DNA from: Pseudomonadota bacterium
Lineage (GTDB): Bacteria; Bdellovibrionota; Bdellovibrionia; Bdellovibrionales; SG-bin7
Reading direction: 5' to 3'
Length of the DNA stretch: 53,024 nucleotides
NCBI GenBank assembly: GCA_034439715.1
Contig: JAWXAY010000065.1
Span: forward strand, 1 to 53,024
The position numbers were made by a program, and so were the translations under genes. Under the pieces are notes generated by a model. It did not search any database. It saw nothing but the letters and a program-made list of their open reading frames with translations, and had not been told where the DNA came from. Numbering within the stretch: the stretch's first letter is position 1; every line of letters starts with the position of its first letter. Below, in pieces: positions 1-14,175 of this stretch.

Positions 1-622
1 CTCAAAAACCTCAATACGGGCCAGCGGTTACCGGGAGATTGGCCACACAGAGCTCATCCAAATGGTTGCTAAAACACGTGCGCCTTTTATGACTTTTTTA
101 GGAGAGAAATTTAATGTACTTTTAGTCACGGGCCATGTTTCGCTAAGCAAGGTTAGACTGACGAGAGTCCGCCTTTATCGTGCGGGGCTTGCTGCCATTG
201 AACTGCGAAAACTTTTGACCCCTAAGTGTCGCAAGCTCCCTCTGGCTATTGTGGGCCTAAATCCCCATGCAGGAGAAAATAACATCATTGGGCGAGAGGA
301 ATCAGAGATTTTTAGACCAGTGATTAAGCGGCTTTCAAAAATAGTTGCCTTGGCGGGTCCCTTAGTACCAGACGCTGCTTTTCTGCCTCAAAACTGGCAG
401 AAATATTCAGTTTATATTTGCCCTTACCATGATCAGGGATTAATTCCATTTAAAGCATTAAATGGCACTGCTGGCGTGCATCTTACTCTTGGGATTCCTT
501 TTGTGCGCACCAGCGTCGACCACGGTACTGCAAAAGACCTCTACGCCAAAGACAAAGCAGATGCAACTTCGATGAAAAGTGCGATAGAGTTGGCGATTAA
601 ATTAATACGAAAAAAAGGATAA
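1..622 (+). CDS. pdxA: 4-hydroxythreonine-4-phosphate dehydrogenase PdxA (5'-truncated by window)
   Basis: Frame is open from position 2 (SKTSIRASGYREIGHTELIQM) and contains the GHTE, GLNPHAGE, YHDQG and RTSVDHGTA motifs of PdxA. Confidence 0.93.
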   Translation, partial: SKTSIRASGYREIGHTELIQMVAKTRAPFMTFLGEKFNVLLVTGHVSLSKVRLTRVRLYRAGLAAIELRKLLTPKCRKLPLAIVGLNPHAGENNIIGREESEIFRPVIKRLSKIVALAGPLVPDAAFLPQNWQKYSVYICPYHDQGLIPFKALNGTAGVHLTLGIPFVRTSVDHGTAKDLYAKDKADATSMKSAIELAIKLIRKKG

Positions 623-626
623 AACT

Positions 627-2009
627 ATGGCTCTTATAATGAATCCGAGTATTTTTAGAGAATATGATATTCGCGGAGTTTATGAAAAGGATTTTAACAC
701 TGAGTTTGCAGAACATCTTGGTCGTGCCCATGTTAGTTTTATCAAGAAGCACACTGGCAATCACCGGCCAAAAATTACCGTCGGCTATGATGCTCGTGTT
801 TCTAGCCCCGCTATCGCTGACGCTCTTGTAAAAGGAATGTTGGCATCAGGTGCTGACGTGGTACGCCTTGGTCTCATCGCCACTCCAATTTCTTATTTTT
901 CGACTTGGACCATGGAAGGCGTATCGGGCGCCATTATGGTAACTGGAAGTCACAATCCGCCAGAGTATAATGGCTTTAAAATATCTGTCGGCAATCAAAC
1001 AATATATGGCGAAAAAATTCAGGAACTTTTAAAAATTATTTCAATAAAGGCCTACCTTCAGGGAAGCGGCAAAGAAACCCAACACGACATATTAACTCCC
1101 TATGTAGAATATTATAAACCGCAATTTAAGTTTTCGGATAACTTTAACGTCGTAGTTGATAGCGCCAATGGCGCTGCCGGTTGTGTCTTGCGAAGGCTTT
1201 ACGAATCTTGCGGCTTAAAGCCCACCATTCTTTTTGAACAGCCCGACGGAATGTTTCCAAATCATCACCCCGACCCTACGGTCGAAGAAAACATGCGCGA
1301 CCTACAACTGAAAGTAAAAGAGCTTGGTGCACGCCTTGGAATTGGCTTTGATGGAGACTCAGATCGCATTGGTCTGGTAGATCACGAGGGCCGCATGATT
1401 TATGGTGACGAGATCATGGCTATTATATGTCGAGATATTTTAGTCACGCACAAGGGTGCGACTATCATTGGTGATGTAAAATGCTCTGACCGACTTTATG
1501 CCGATATTCGCCGAAGAGGCGGCAAAGGGATAATGTGGAAAACCGGACACAGCTTAATTAAATCTAAAATCAAAGAAGAAAAGTCGCCATTTGGCGGAGA
1601 ATTCAGCGGTCATATCTTTTTTTCTGATAGAAATTTTGGATACGACGACGCGATGTACGCGGGCCTTCGCATTATTGAAATTATGGACAAAACAGGAAAA
1701 ACTATCCCGCAATTACTTGAAGGTTTTGGCGAAGCCTACAATACTCCAGAAATTCGAGTCGACACTTCTGATGATAAAAAAATATATGTAGTAAAACAAA
1801 TGATTCGACTTTTCTCGTCGACTTCACCAGATTATAAGGTCAACCTCACTGACGGCTTACGACTGAGTTTTAGCGATGGGTGGGCATTAGTGCGCCCCTC
1901 AAACACTCAGCCAGTCATTGTCTTACGGTTTGAAGCAAATACGAAATCAAGTTTAGATAGAATTCGTGGAGACATAGAGGGAAAGGTTTACAAGTTATTG
2001 AATGCCTGA
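627..2009 (+). CDS. Phosphomannomutase/phosphoglucomutase (alpha-D-phosphohexomutase)
   Basis: IFREYDIRG N-terminus, TGSHNP phosphoserine loop, FDGDSDR metal loop, GEFSGH sugar loop, RPSNTQP; start may be ATG 639. Confidence 0.93.
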   Translation: MALIMNPSIFREYDIRGVYEKDFNTEFAEHLGRAHVSFIKKHTGNHRPKITVGYDARVSSPAIADALVKGMLASGADVVRLGLIATPISYFSTWTMEGVSGAIMVTGSHNPPEYNGFKISVGNQTIYGEKIQELLKIISIKAYLQGSGKETQHDILTPYVEYYKPQFKFSDNFNVVVDSANGAAGCVLRRLYESCGLKPTILFEQPDGMFPNHHPDPTVEENMRDLQLKVKELGARLGIGFDGDSDRIGLVDHEGRMIYGDEIMAIICRDILVTHKGATIIGDVKCSDRLYADIRRRGGKGIMWKTGHSLIKSKIKEEKSPFGGEFSGHIFFSDRNFGYDDAMYAGLRIIEIMDKTGKTIPQLLEGFGEAYNTPEIRVDTSDDKKIYVVKQMIRLFSSTSPDYKVNLTDGLRLSFSDGWALVRPSNTQPVIVLRFEANTKSSLDRIRGDIEGKVYKLLNA

Positions 2010-4527
2010 GCAAGTCTACGATGGAATTCGAATTCGCGGTGCCCGCGAGCACAACTTAAAGAATGTAAATCTCGACATTCCGAGGAATCAAATTACGGTT
2101 TTAACCGGTCTCAGCGGCAGTGGGAAATCAAGTCTCGCTTTTGATACCGTGTACGCTGAGGGCCAACGCCGTTACGTAGAAAGTCTTTCTTCTTATGCAA
2201 AGAATTTTTTGCAGCAATTAAAGAAACCAGAGGTAGACTCAATTGTAGGACTTTCTCCTGCCGTAGCGATCGACCAAAAGACAATTTCCTATAATCCCCG
2301 CTCCACAGTTGGAACAGTTACAGAAATTTATGACTATCTGAGACTTTTATTTGCCAAAGTAGCTGTGCCTCATTGTCCAAACTGCAAAACGCCAGTCTCT
2401 AGTCAGACTCCAAAACAAATTTTTGAGGACATAATAGGATTGCCAAAAGACACAAAGTTTTTTCTTTTGGCACCAGTCGCTCAAGGAAAAAAAGGAGAGT
2501 TCCTAAAAGAATTCCGCAAGTGGGTCTCGCTGGGGTTTACCAAGGCAAAGGTGGATGGTGAAATTGTAGACCTCGCTTCTAGTGACCGCCTGGCTAAGAA
2601 AAAAGCCCACGATATAGATCTTATTGTTGATCGATTGATATTAAAGCCTGAGCTCTTCGATCGCCTTAAAGAAAGTCTAAATACGGCGCTGTCTTTGTCG
2701 GGTGGCTACTGTTCTATTGATGTGGTTGGTGGAGCAAAAAAATCTTACTCGCTCCACAAAGCTTGTCACAGTTGTGGATTCAGCTTTCCCGAAATCGACC
2801 AAAGATTTTTTAGTTTCAATAATCCCCGTGGCGCCTGTCCCGATTGCAATGGTCTCGGATATTACGAAGAAGAGATTTCAGCTGACGATATGAATTTGGA
2901 TGACGACTCAACGGAGGCAGAACTCCGCACTACCGCCTGCGCTCTCTGTGGGGGCACACGGTTAAAAAAAGAGGCGCTGAGTTTTATTTTAAATGATAAA
3001 AACATTCATCAGTTGGGTGATTTGGATTGTGAATCCTTGGCGGATTTTCTTTATTCTATTCCGAGCAGTGGAAGAGAAAAACTAATTTCAGAAAAAATTG
3101 TTAATGAGCTTCGCTCGCGTTTAAGTTATCTCGCTCGCGTCGGAGTCGGCTACCTTAGTATGAACAGAATGACCAAAACTCTTTCTGGTGGTGAGGCGCA
3201 AAGAATTCGACTAGCTTCCCAGCTTGGCTCTGCACTAGTTGGAATATTGTATGTTCTTGATGAACCCAGCATTGGGTTGCATGCAAAAGATCATGACTCC
3301 TTGCTTGGCATAATTCGCGATATTCGCGACCGCGGAAACACGATCCTGATGGTGGAACACGATAGAGCGTCAATCGAACAAGCGGATTTGGTCGTGGATC
3401 TTGGTCCCCGCGCGGGTGTGCTTGGTGGTGAGATTATCGCCAAAGGCACACCGAAAGAGTTAAGCCTTTCAAAAAAAAGCGTAACGGGTAAGTACTTGTT
3501 TAATAGCAATCCAATTTTTTCTAAAAAGTCTTCCCGAAAAATTTCTAGTCAAAAATTGACCATTACAGGTGCTTCCGGAAACAATTTAAAAAATATTACT
3601 GTCGATATACCTTTGGGCGCTTTTATCTCTGTCACTGGCGTTTCTGGAAGCGGAAAAAGTACTCTCATCATCGATACACTTTACCGCGCGCTAGCCAATC
3701 ATTTTAACAAATCCAATAACACCGTCGCTCCCTACAAAAATCTCATAGGAGTTGAAAACCTGGACAAAGTGGTGGAAATCAATCAACGGCCTATTGGTCG
3801 AACGCCTAGATCAAATCCCGCTACCTATATTGGTGCCCTTCCCCTTATCAGAGATTTATTCTCGGTCCACCCCGAGGCGAAAATTCGCGGTTATGCTCCC
3901 GGCCGCTTTAGTTTTAATGTTAAGGGCGGCCGCTGCGAGGAATGCCAGGGAGCGGGCATGGTTCGTGTTGAGATGCACTTTTTAGCGGATGTTTTCGTGC
4001 AGTGTGACCGCTGTATGGGATCAAGGTATAATCGTGAAACGTTAAATATTAAATATCGAGAAAAATCTATCGCCGATGTTTTGAACATGAGTGTTGAAGA
4101 AGCTGTGGGTTTCTTTAAAAACCATTCCCATATTCACAGAAAATTGGAAACGCTTCACCGCGTAGGCCTTGATTACCTAACTCTGGGTCAGAGCTCGACT
4201 ACCTTGTCGGGCGGAGAAGCACAGCGAGTAAAATTAAGTCGGGAGCTATCTAAGAGAAGCACGGGCCGCACCCTCTACATTCTTGACGAACCAACGACCG
4301 GCCTTCACTTTCAAGATATTACAAACTTATTAGAATTGCTGCATGAGCTTGTCGATCAAGGTAATACAGTAATCGTTATTGAACATCAGACTGACGTAAT
4401 AAATTCCTCTGACTATATTATCGATTTAGGTCCGGGCGGAGGCAAAAGCGGTGGATATATTATAGCGAGTGGGGGAGTCTCTGATATTATTAAAAACGAA
4501 AAAAGTGTTACCGGAAAATTTCTTTAA
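2002..4527 (+). CDS. uvrA: Excinuclease ABC subunit A, short form (841 aa)
   Basis: GAREHNLKN, two Walker A motifs ([16 protein letters not shown]), two LSGGEAQR signatures, CxxC zinc sites. Confidence 0.96.
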   Translation: MPEQVYDGIRIRGAREHNLKNVNLDIPRNQITVLTGLSGSGKSSLAFDTVYAEGQRRYVESLSSYAKNFLQQLKKPEVDSIVGLSPAVAIDQKTISYNPRSTVGTVTEIYDYLRLLFAKVAVPHCPNCKTPVSSQTPKQIFEDIIGLPKDTKFFLLAPVAQGKKGEFLKEFRKWVSLGFTKAKVDGEIVDLASSDRLAKKKAHDIDLIVDRLILKPELFDRLKESLNTALSLSGGYCSIDVVGGAKKSYSLHKACHSCGFSFPEIDQRFFSFNNPRGACPDCNGLGYYEEEISADDMNLDDDSTEAELRTTACALCGGTRLKKEALSFILNDKNIHQLGDLDCESLADFLYSIPSSGREKLISEKIVNELRSRLSYLARVGVGYLSMNRMTKTLSGGEAQRIRLASQLGSALVGILYVLDEPSIGLHAKDHDSLLGIIRDIRDRGNTILMVEHDRASIEQADLVVDLGPRAGVLGGEIIAKGTPKELSLSKKSVTGKYLFNSNPIFSKKSSRKISSQKLTITGASGNNLKNITVDIPLGAFISVTGVSGSGKSTLIIDTLYRALANHFNKSNNTVAPYKNLIGVENLDKVVEINQRPIGRTPRSNPATYIGALPLIRDLFSVHPEAKIRGYAPGRFSFNVKGGRCEECQGAGMVRVEMHFLADVFVQCDRCMGSRYNRETLNIKYREKSIADVLNMSVEEAVGFFKNHSHIHRKLETLHRVGLDYLTLGQSSTTLSGGEAQRVKLSRELSKRSTGRTLYILDEPTTGLHFQDITNLLELLHELVDQGNTVIVIEHQTDVINSSDYIIDLGPGGGKSGGYIIASGGVSDIIKNEKSVTGKFL

Positions 4528-4593
4528 GGAATTTTTTTTATCATACAAGAGGCCCTCGCGAACCACCCCATCTATTCATTCTATTAATGACCG

Positions 4594-4616
4594 GGGCCAG
4601 ACGCGAGGTCTGACCC
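4594..4616. terminator. GC-rich hairpin between convergent uvrA and atpE
   Basis: Minus-strand RNA GGGUCAGA-CCUCGCG-UCUGGCCC (8-bp stem with one G-U) about 10 nt after the atpE stop; no clear U-tract. Confidence 0.45.
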
Positions 4617-4625
4617 AATTTGCTG

Positions 4626-4928
4626 CTACAGTTTGTAGATCGTAAAGGCAATGATTAGTGCCAGCAACACTAGCGACTCTATAAGCGCTAAACCCAAAAC
4701 CAAGTTGTTCTTAATTTTGGATTCCGCAGAAGGATTTCGCGAAATTCCCTCAAGAGCCGCCGCAACTGCTTTGCCTTGTCCCAAAGCACCGCCTAGAGCT
4801 GCAATTGCAATCGCCAAGCCAGCAGCTAAGGATCCAAACTTAACCCCACTTGAAACAGCTTCTTCGGCCAATGCCGGTGAGGCTGCGAAAATAGCCGTTA
4901 AAGCACAAAAGTATCTAAAGTTTATCAT
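4626..4928 (-). CDS. atpE: F0F1 ATP synthase subunit c with N-terminal extension
   Basis: GxGxG-rich helix 1, RNP loop, LALIES acidic residue in helix 2; follows atpB. Confidence 0.95.
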   Translation of the reverse strand: MINFRYFCALTAIFAASPALAEEAVSSGVKFGSLAAGLAIAIAALGGALGQGKAVAAALEGISRNPSAESKIKNNLVLGLALIESLVLLALIIAFTIYKL

Positions 4929-4949
4929 GAGAAATATCCCCCTATAAAA

Positions 4950-5645
4950 TTAATGTTCTTCATGTTCGGTAGCCATAGAAACGTAAATCATCGACAATAA
5001 AACAAAGACATAGGCTTGAATCAAACAAACAAATAAGCCAAACCCATAAAAAATAACAGATACTGGAATATATCCCGTCATCTCTAAAAAAGTAGACACA
5101 ACTTTGTGGTCACCAATCATGTTTGCACCCAACCGAATACCTAAGGTAAGTGGTCTAAAAAGATGTGACAGTAGTTCGATCACCACCATTAATGGAGCTA
5201 GCCACCAAATCGGTCCTAAAAAATGTTTTAAGTAGGACAGTCCGTTCGCCTTGAGACCCAAAAAATTATAAAGACAAAATGAAAAAATGCCTAAGGCGAT
5301 AGTCGTATTAAAGTTATCAGTTGCGGGAGTCATTCCTGGAAGAAGGCCCACCATATTATTTATGACGATAAAAACAAAAACTGCGCCGTATAGTGGGACA
5401 AGAGTGCGGCCCTTTTTACCCAGAATAGCATCCGCCTGATCAACTATAAATTCTGTTATTAGCTCACACATTCCCTTTAGTGAGAATCGCCCCGCCGGCT
5501 CAATCGATTTTTCGCCGTTTCCAAGGGTTATTCGAGCTGCGACAGACAGCAATATTATAAAAATGGATACACACACTAGCGTTGCCACATGGATATACTC
5601 ATGACTAACGCCAGGAATCAATTGTGTCCAATTAAAGTGTTCCAT
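4950..5645 (-). CDS. atpB: F0F1 ATP synthase subunit a
   Basis: Polytopic; NNMVGLLPG, RPLTLGIRLGANMIGDH (conserved Arg), IQAYVF. Confidence 0.95.
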   Translation of the reverse strand: MEHFNWTQLIPGVSHEYIHVATLVCVSIFIILLSVAARITLGNGEKSIEPAGRFSLKGMCELITEFIVDQADAILGKKGRTLVPLYGAVFVFIVINNMVGLLPGMTPATDNFNTTIALGIFSFCLYNFLGLKANGLSYLKHFLGPIWWLAPLMVVIELLSHLFRPLTLGIRLGANMIGDHKVVSTFLEMTGYIPVSVIFYGFGLFVCLIQAYVFVLLSMIYVSMATEHEEH

Positions 5646-5675
5646 TAGGCCCTTTGGAAAAATAGTTGAGAAATC

Positions 5676-5703
5676 AATATATTACTGGTTGTTTTTCTGT
5701 CCA
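5676..5703 (-). promoter_or_regulatory. Putative sigma70-type internal promoter for atpB-atpE
   Basis: Minus strand TGGACA-N16-TATATT in the 86-bp atpZ-atpB gap. Confidence 0.4.
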
Positions 5704-5731
5704 TGAAATTATTTGAAAACCTCTATATTTT

Positions 5732-5974
5732 TTATTGCTGGCTATTGGCGTCACTGTTGTCTCTACCAGTGTCTTCTTCTGTGCCGCTTGTTTTTTTAAG
5801 AATTTGCATCAGGTGGAAAAACCAAATTATAAAGCCCGCAACTATTCCTAATAATCGAAATACATTGTCAGTGCCTAGCTTTTCATCAGCCAAGCCGCCC
5901 AAGTACATCATGAGTAAAATAATGGCGACCAACTCAAAACCGATCCCCATAAACTGTGCATACGAATTTTTCAA
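5732..5974 (-). CDS. AtpZ/AtpQ-family ATP synthase-associated membrane protein
   Basis: 80 aa, two TM helices, G(F)EL...YLGGLADEKLGT pattern, directly upstream of atpB. Confidence 0.8.
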   Translation of the reverse strand: MKNSYAQFMGIGFELVAIILLMMYLGGLADEKLGTDNVFRLLGIVAGFIIWFFHLMQILKKTSGTEEDTGRDNSDANSQQ

Positions 5975-5984
5975 ATGTACCGCT

Positions 5985-6812
5985 TTACTTTTTTAAGCCA
6001 TGGGAGCCGGGCTGTTGCGCCCGACGATCCCTCAGACGTTTAATTCTCAGCTCTATGAATTCGGGATGACTATACGCTTTTTTCATTCCTTCAAGGACCT
6101 CAATCGACTTCGAATAGTTCCCCTGATCCTCATAACAAACCGCCAAACTAAGCGCCATGTCGTCCTTTTTGGCCTCTTGAGGAAAAGCAACTAGAAGGTC
6201 CTGATATGTTTCAACTGCCTTATCTAATTCTTTAGCCGACAAGTAGATGTCAGCCTTTAGTTTTTTTAGTTCATATTTTTTGTTTTTGTCTTTAAGTGAT
6301 TCAAGTAGCGTATCTATTTCTGTTTGCGCCTGAAAAAAATTATTGAGTCGGTAATAAGACTTAGCGAGGCTAAGCCTCATTTCAAATTTTTCCTCTTCCG
6401 ATAGAGATAAGGACAAGAGTTTCGAAAACTCATTTATGGCTTTCTCATAATCCGGAATGGGCAAATAAGAAAAATAAATGTTCGCGAGATTTTTTTGGGC
6501 CTCTACCCGCTCTTCTTGCTTGGAGGACTTCAGCACGACGAGTCGGAAAAAACCAATGGCCTGAGCAAAATCTTTGGCCTTCACTAGAGCAATTTGCCCG
6601 GCGGCTTTCGCATAATCGACAACTAACTGATTGTTTTTGGTGCGCTGAATTAGCTCTTGATAGTTTTTAAGTGCCTTTTGATAGTCGCCCCCTTGCTCAT
6701 TAACCAGAGCCTCTTCCTTAATGGATTTTTCTGAACCCTTGGTGCAGCCGACCAAAAATAGCGCGCCTATTAATAGGGTCTTTGCGATACTAGTGAATTT
6801 CGCTTGAGCCAT
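5985..6812 (-). CDS. Tetratricopeptide-repeat lipoprotein
   Basis: Likely start ATG 6812 ([23 protein letters not shown], lipobox LVGC), followed by repeated TPR-like helical units. Confidence 0.8.
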   Translation of the reverse strand: MAQAKFTSIAKTLLIGALFLVGCTKGSEKSIKEEALVNEQGGDYQKALKNYQELIQRTKNNQLVVDYAKAAGQIALVKAKDFAQAIGFFRLVVLKSSKQEERVEAQKNLANIYFSYLPIPDYEKAINEFSKLLSLSLSEEEKFEMRLSLAKSYYRLNNFFQAQTEIDTLLESLKDKNKKYELKKLKADIYLSAKELDKAVETYQDLLVAFPQEAKKDDMALSLAVCYEDQGNYSKSIEVLEGMKKAYSHPEFIELRIKRLRDRRAQQPGSHGLKK

Positions 6813-9258
6813 TTTGTTGGTCATCGGCTTTTTCAAGTTTAATGACGGCAAATCCGGTAACAATCTCGCCGTCTGGAACATCAAGCACGCGAACACCTTG
6901 GGTGTTTCTGCCAATAATTGAAATCTGCCGGCCTTCCATTCGAATGGCCTGTCCTTTGTTTGTGGTGATGATTATCTCGTTATCTTCTTCAACGAGAGAA
7001 GCACTTACCACCGACCCCACCTTATCCGTTACTTTTTGGGTAATGATTCCTACGCCGGCGCGGCTTTGGCAACGATACTCTTCGGCGAGGGTGCGCTTCC
7101 CAAAGCCTTTCTCCGTGACCATTAATATAGTTGCTTTAAAGTCTGGAGAAATAACTTCTGATGCTACAACTTCGTCGTCTTTACCTAAGGCTATAGCTTT
7201 TACACCGCGCGCAGCGCGGCCCATCGCCCTAACATCATTCTCAGAAAATCGAATGGACATCCCTTCTTTTGTGGCGATAAAGATGTCTGATTTTCCGTCA
7301 CTGAGCTTCACATCAATTACTCGATCATTGAGATCTGTAGTCAGCGCAATAAGCCCCGACGGCCTTGGATTCGAAAATGCTTCTAGTGGCGTCTTCTTAA
7401 TGATTCCTGCCTTAGTTACCATGACGACATATTTGTCAGGCGAAAACTCTTGGACAGGCAAAATAGCTCTCACTTTCTCGGTGGCAGATATATTTACCAA
7501 GTTAACAATTGCTTTGCCCTTGGCCGTGCGGCTTCCTTCGGGGACCTTATATACCTTCAGCCAATATAATTTACCCTTGTCGGTAAAAACCAATAAGGTA
7601 GTTTTCGTATTTGCTACGAAAATATTTGCCACAAAATCGTTTTCACGAGTTTCTGCACCCTTGAGGCCGCGACCTCCGCGATTTTGGGTGCGATATTCAT
7701 TCATAGCTATTCGTTTGATGTAGCCTGTGTCTGTAACTGTGACTACTACGTCTTCGCTCACAATTAAATCTTCGTCTTCCATCACGCTGCCCATGCCTTC
7801 GCTCTGGGTGCGGCGCTTGTCGGCGTGTTTTGCTTTAACATCTAATAGTTCGTCTCGAATAATCTTATAGATTTGACTAGCGTCGCCGAGAACCATTTCG
7901 AGCCATTTTATTTCTTTTAAAAGTTCTTCGATTTCATCTTTTATTTTCTGACGCTCTAGCCCGGTTAAACGCTGTAGACGCATTTCCAGAATTGCCTGGG
8001 CCTGTTTTTCTGAAAAACTAAATTTTTCACAAAGGGCCTCGCGCGCAATTGAAGCCTCTTTACTAGCGCGAATTGTTGCAATCACAGCATCAATTTGATC
8101 CAGAGCTTTTTGTAAGCCATCTAAAATATGAAGCCGGGCCTGAGCCTTCTTTAAATCAAAAATACATCGCTTTGTGACAATATCTTTTCGGTGATCAAGA
8201 AAAGCATGAAGCATGTTTTTAAGATTGAATGTCACGGGTTGATTTCGAGAGTCTAGCGCAAGCATGATAATACCAAAGCTCACTTGCATCTGGGTAAACT
8301 TGTAGAGACGATTTAAAATTACGCTCGCATTTTCATTACGCTTAATATTGATAACAATGCGCATGCCCTCTTTAGAGGACTCGTCACGAATATCTGAAAT
8401 TCCTTCAACTTTTTTATCCCTAACTAGGTCTGCTATGCTCTCAATAAGTTTAGCTTTGTTAACCATGTACGGAATTTCAGAAATTATTATTTCTTCACGG
8501 TCTTTAACTGTCACAATTTCGGAAACTGCCTTAATCGAAATAATTCCCCGCCCCTTTTTATAGGCCTCGATAATGCCTTGGGTTCCCGCTATCACGCCCG
8601 CTGTTGGAAAGTCAGGGCCAGGAATAATTTTAATAAGTTCATCTAGGCCTGTTTCCGGTGAATCAATAAGTTTTATACAACCATCAATAACTTCGCCTAA
8701 ATTGTGCGGAGGAATGTTAGTAGCCATTCCAACCGCTATTCCGCTGCTGCCATTAACTAATAAGTTTGGAAATTTTGCGGGCATCACAAGAGGCACCAGC
8801 AATGAGTCATCGTAGTTCGGACCGAAAGGAATCGTCTCTTTATCAATATCCGACAAAATTTCTTCGGCGAGTTTTGTCATCCTGACTTCGGTATATCGTT
8901 GGGCGGCCGGACTATCTCCATCTATTGATCCAAAATTGCCCTGACCGTCGATAAGTGGGTACCGCAAAGAAAAGTCTTGGGCCATTCTCACCATGGTGTC
9001 ATAAACTGCTACATCGCCATGTGGGTGATATTTACCAATTACGTCTCCGACGACTCGAGCCGATTTTTTATATGGTTTATCGTGGGTGTTTCCTAAGTCT
9101 TTCATCGCATATAAAATACGACGATGAACTGGCTTTAACCCATCGCGAACATCCGGAAGCGCGCGACCAACAATGACGCTCATCGAGTATTGTAAATACG
9201 ACTCGCGCATTTCGTGGTTAATATCTACGTTGGTGACGCCCTTTTCGTTGGTTTCCAT
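6790..9258 (-). CDS. gyrA: DNA gyrase subunit A
   Basis: [21 protein letters not shown], catalytic AAQRYTE, GyrA-box QNRGGRG, C-terminal beta-pinwheel repeats. Confidence 0.98.
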   Translation of the reverse strand: METNEKGVTNVDINHEMRESYLQYSMSVIVGRALPDVRDGLKPVHRRILYAMKDLGNTHDKPYKKSARVVGDVIGKYHPHGDVAVYDTMVRMAQDFSLRYPLIDGQGNFGSIDGDSPAAQRYTEVRMTKLAEEILSDIDKETIPFGPNYDDSLLVPLVMPAKFPNLLVNGSSGIAVGMATNIPPHNLGEVIDGCIKLIDSPETGLDELIKIIPGPDFPTAGVIAGTQGIIEAYKKGRGIISIKAVSEIVTVKDREEIIISEIPYMVNKAKLIESIADLVRDKKVEGISDIRDESSKEGMRIVINIKRNENASVILNRLYKFTQMQVSFGIIMLALDSRNQPVTFNLKNMLHAFLDHRKDIVTKRCIFDLKKAQARLHILDGLQKALDQIDAVIATIRASKEASIAREALCEKFSFSEKQAQAILEMRLQRLTGLERQKIKDEIEELLKEIKWLEMVLGDASQIYKIIRDELLDVKAKHADKRRTQSEGMGSVMEDEDLIVSEDVVVTVTDTGYIKRIAMNEYRTQNRGGRGLKGAETRENDFVANIFVANTKTTLLVFTDKGKLYWLKVYKVPEGSRTAKGKAIVNLVNISATEKVRAILPVQEFSPDKYVVMVTKAGIIKKTPLEAFSNPRPSGLIALTTDLNDRVIDVKLSDGKSDIFIATKEGMSIRFSENDVRAMGRAARGVKAIALGKDDEVVASEVISPDFKATILMVTEKGFGKRTLAEEYRCQSRAGVGIITQKVTDKVGSVVSASLVEEDNEIIITTNKGQAIRMEGRQISIIGRNTQGVRVLDVPDGEIVTGFAVIKLEKADDQQNGSSEIH

Positions 9259-9268
9259 AACTCCCTAT

Positions 9269-12833
<3,565 letters not shown>

Positions 12834-12837
<4 letters not shown>

Positions 12838-13952
12838 ATACGCATGGGCATAACAACACAGGTATAACTGTTGTCATTATGTGGTCTAACTAATCCTGGC
12901 GAAAGTTGATCGTTTAAACTTATGTCGACACTTTCTTTGTCACAGGCGTTGAGCACGTCAAGAATATATTTAGCATTAAAAGAAATCTTCATTCCTACGC
13001 CGTCGTAATCGACATCTAACTCTTCTTTTGCATTTCCTAGCTCGGGATCATTTGAGGCTATTTCCATTTTACCTTTAGAGATAGACAATACTACTCCTCG
13101 AGATTTCTGGTTAGCTAATAAAGAGACTCGCTTTAATGAAGTAATTAATGACTCTCGCTTAATAGAAATTTTCTTGGGTAGTTTTTCTGGAATTAGCTGT
13201 TGGTAATTGGGATACTTACCTTCTACAAGTCTAACCATCAAAACAGTATTTTTATTTTTTAGTATAAACTGGGCGCCTTCTATAGCTATTTCAAAATTAC
13301 CGTCTATCGCCTCTAAAAGTTTTCGGATTTCATTAACACCTTTTCGGGGGATGATCACCCCGTGATCTACCTTAAATGAACCTATGCCTGTTGCTTCTCT
13401 ATCTACCAAACTCATACGATGACCATCAGTAGCGACCATTCTAAAAGCAGGTATTTTTTGTTTATTTTTTGCTTCAAAAAAAACGCCATTTAAGTGGTAT
13501 CTTGTTAGATCATTAGAAACACTATAAACAGTCTTATCGATCATATCTAAGAAGAGTTTACGTTCTATCGCAATAAAATCATTGGTGGCGTACGTAGGAA
13601 ACACGGGGTATTCTTCAGAAGCAACCCCGAGTAGATTAAACTCAGACCTCTTTTGTGAAATGATCAGGCTGTTATTTTCTTTTTTAGATATAAGCATGGC
13701 TCCGCTATCAAGCTCTTTAATTATATCAAAAAGATTCTTGGCACTTACCGCCAATCCGCCGTCGGTTTTACCCCCCACTTGAATCTCATCGACTAAACTC
13801 ACTTCTAAGTCGGTAGCAAAGATCTTAAGCGTATTTTTATCGACTTTTAGTAGAATGTTTTGAAGTATGGGCATTGTGCTTCGTTTTTCGACAATGCTTT
13901 GAACTCTAGACAAAGCTGCTAATAAATCTTCTTGTTGTGTCTTAAACTCCAT
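12834..13952 (-). CDS. dnaN: DNA polymerase III beta sliding clamp
   Basis: ATDLEV, VATDGHR, GKYPNY, C-terminal VVMPMRI. Confidence 0.97.
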
Positions 13953-14175
13953 GAATGATCCCTTTCTATAACTCTTTTTGTATATAAATAAATCTAGTAG
14001 TAGTAGTAGTAGTCAGTAAAATCGCCAAACACACATAACCCATCGTTTTATCGTAGATTTCTCCGTGGATAACTTTCTTTAAAAAAACCACGATTTTTAT
14101 TAATAATCGGGACAAATAAATCTCCACAAAATTGTACACATCTTTCCACATAATAATGCACATATCTAATTCACA
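13953..14175. other. Replication origin oriC (dnaA-dnaN intergenic region)
   Basis: (TAG)6 DnaA-trio run at 13995-14012 next to an AT-rich tract at 13974-13993; DnaA-box-like 9-mers at 14064-72 (TTATCCACG on -), 14120-28, 14132-40, 14142-50, 14154-62 and 14167-75; the major operons diverge nearby. Confidence 0.88.
13995..14012 (+). repeat. (TAG)6 trinucleotide repeat = DnaA-trio element
   Basis: TAGTAGTAGTAGTAGTAG, same orientation relative to dnaN and the AT-rich tract as the B. subtilis trios. Confidence 0.85.

Noticed and set aside
6842..7723. 293-aa plus-strand ORF, and similar antisense ORFs in gyrA, gyrB, atp, hflX, mfd and nuo genes
   Set aside because: Antisense shadows of conserved genes, with no motifs or RBS
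13966..14163. 65-aa ORF with a poly-Thr tract
   Set aside because: It is the translation of the oriC DnaA-trio repeat and DnaA boxes, not a plausible gene
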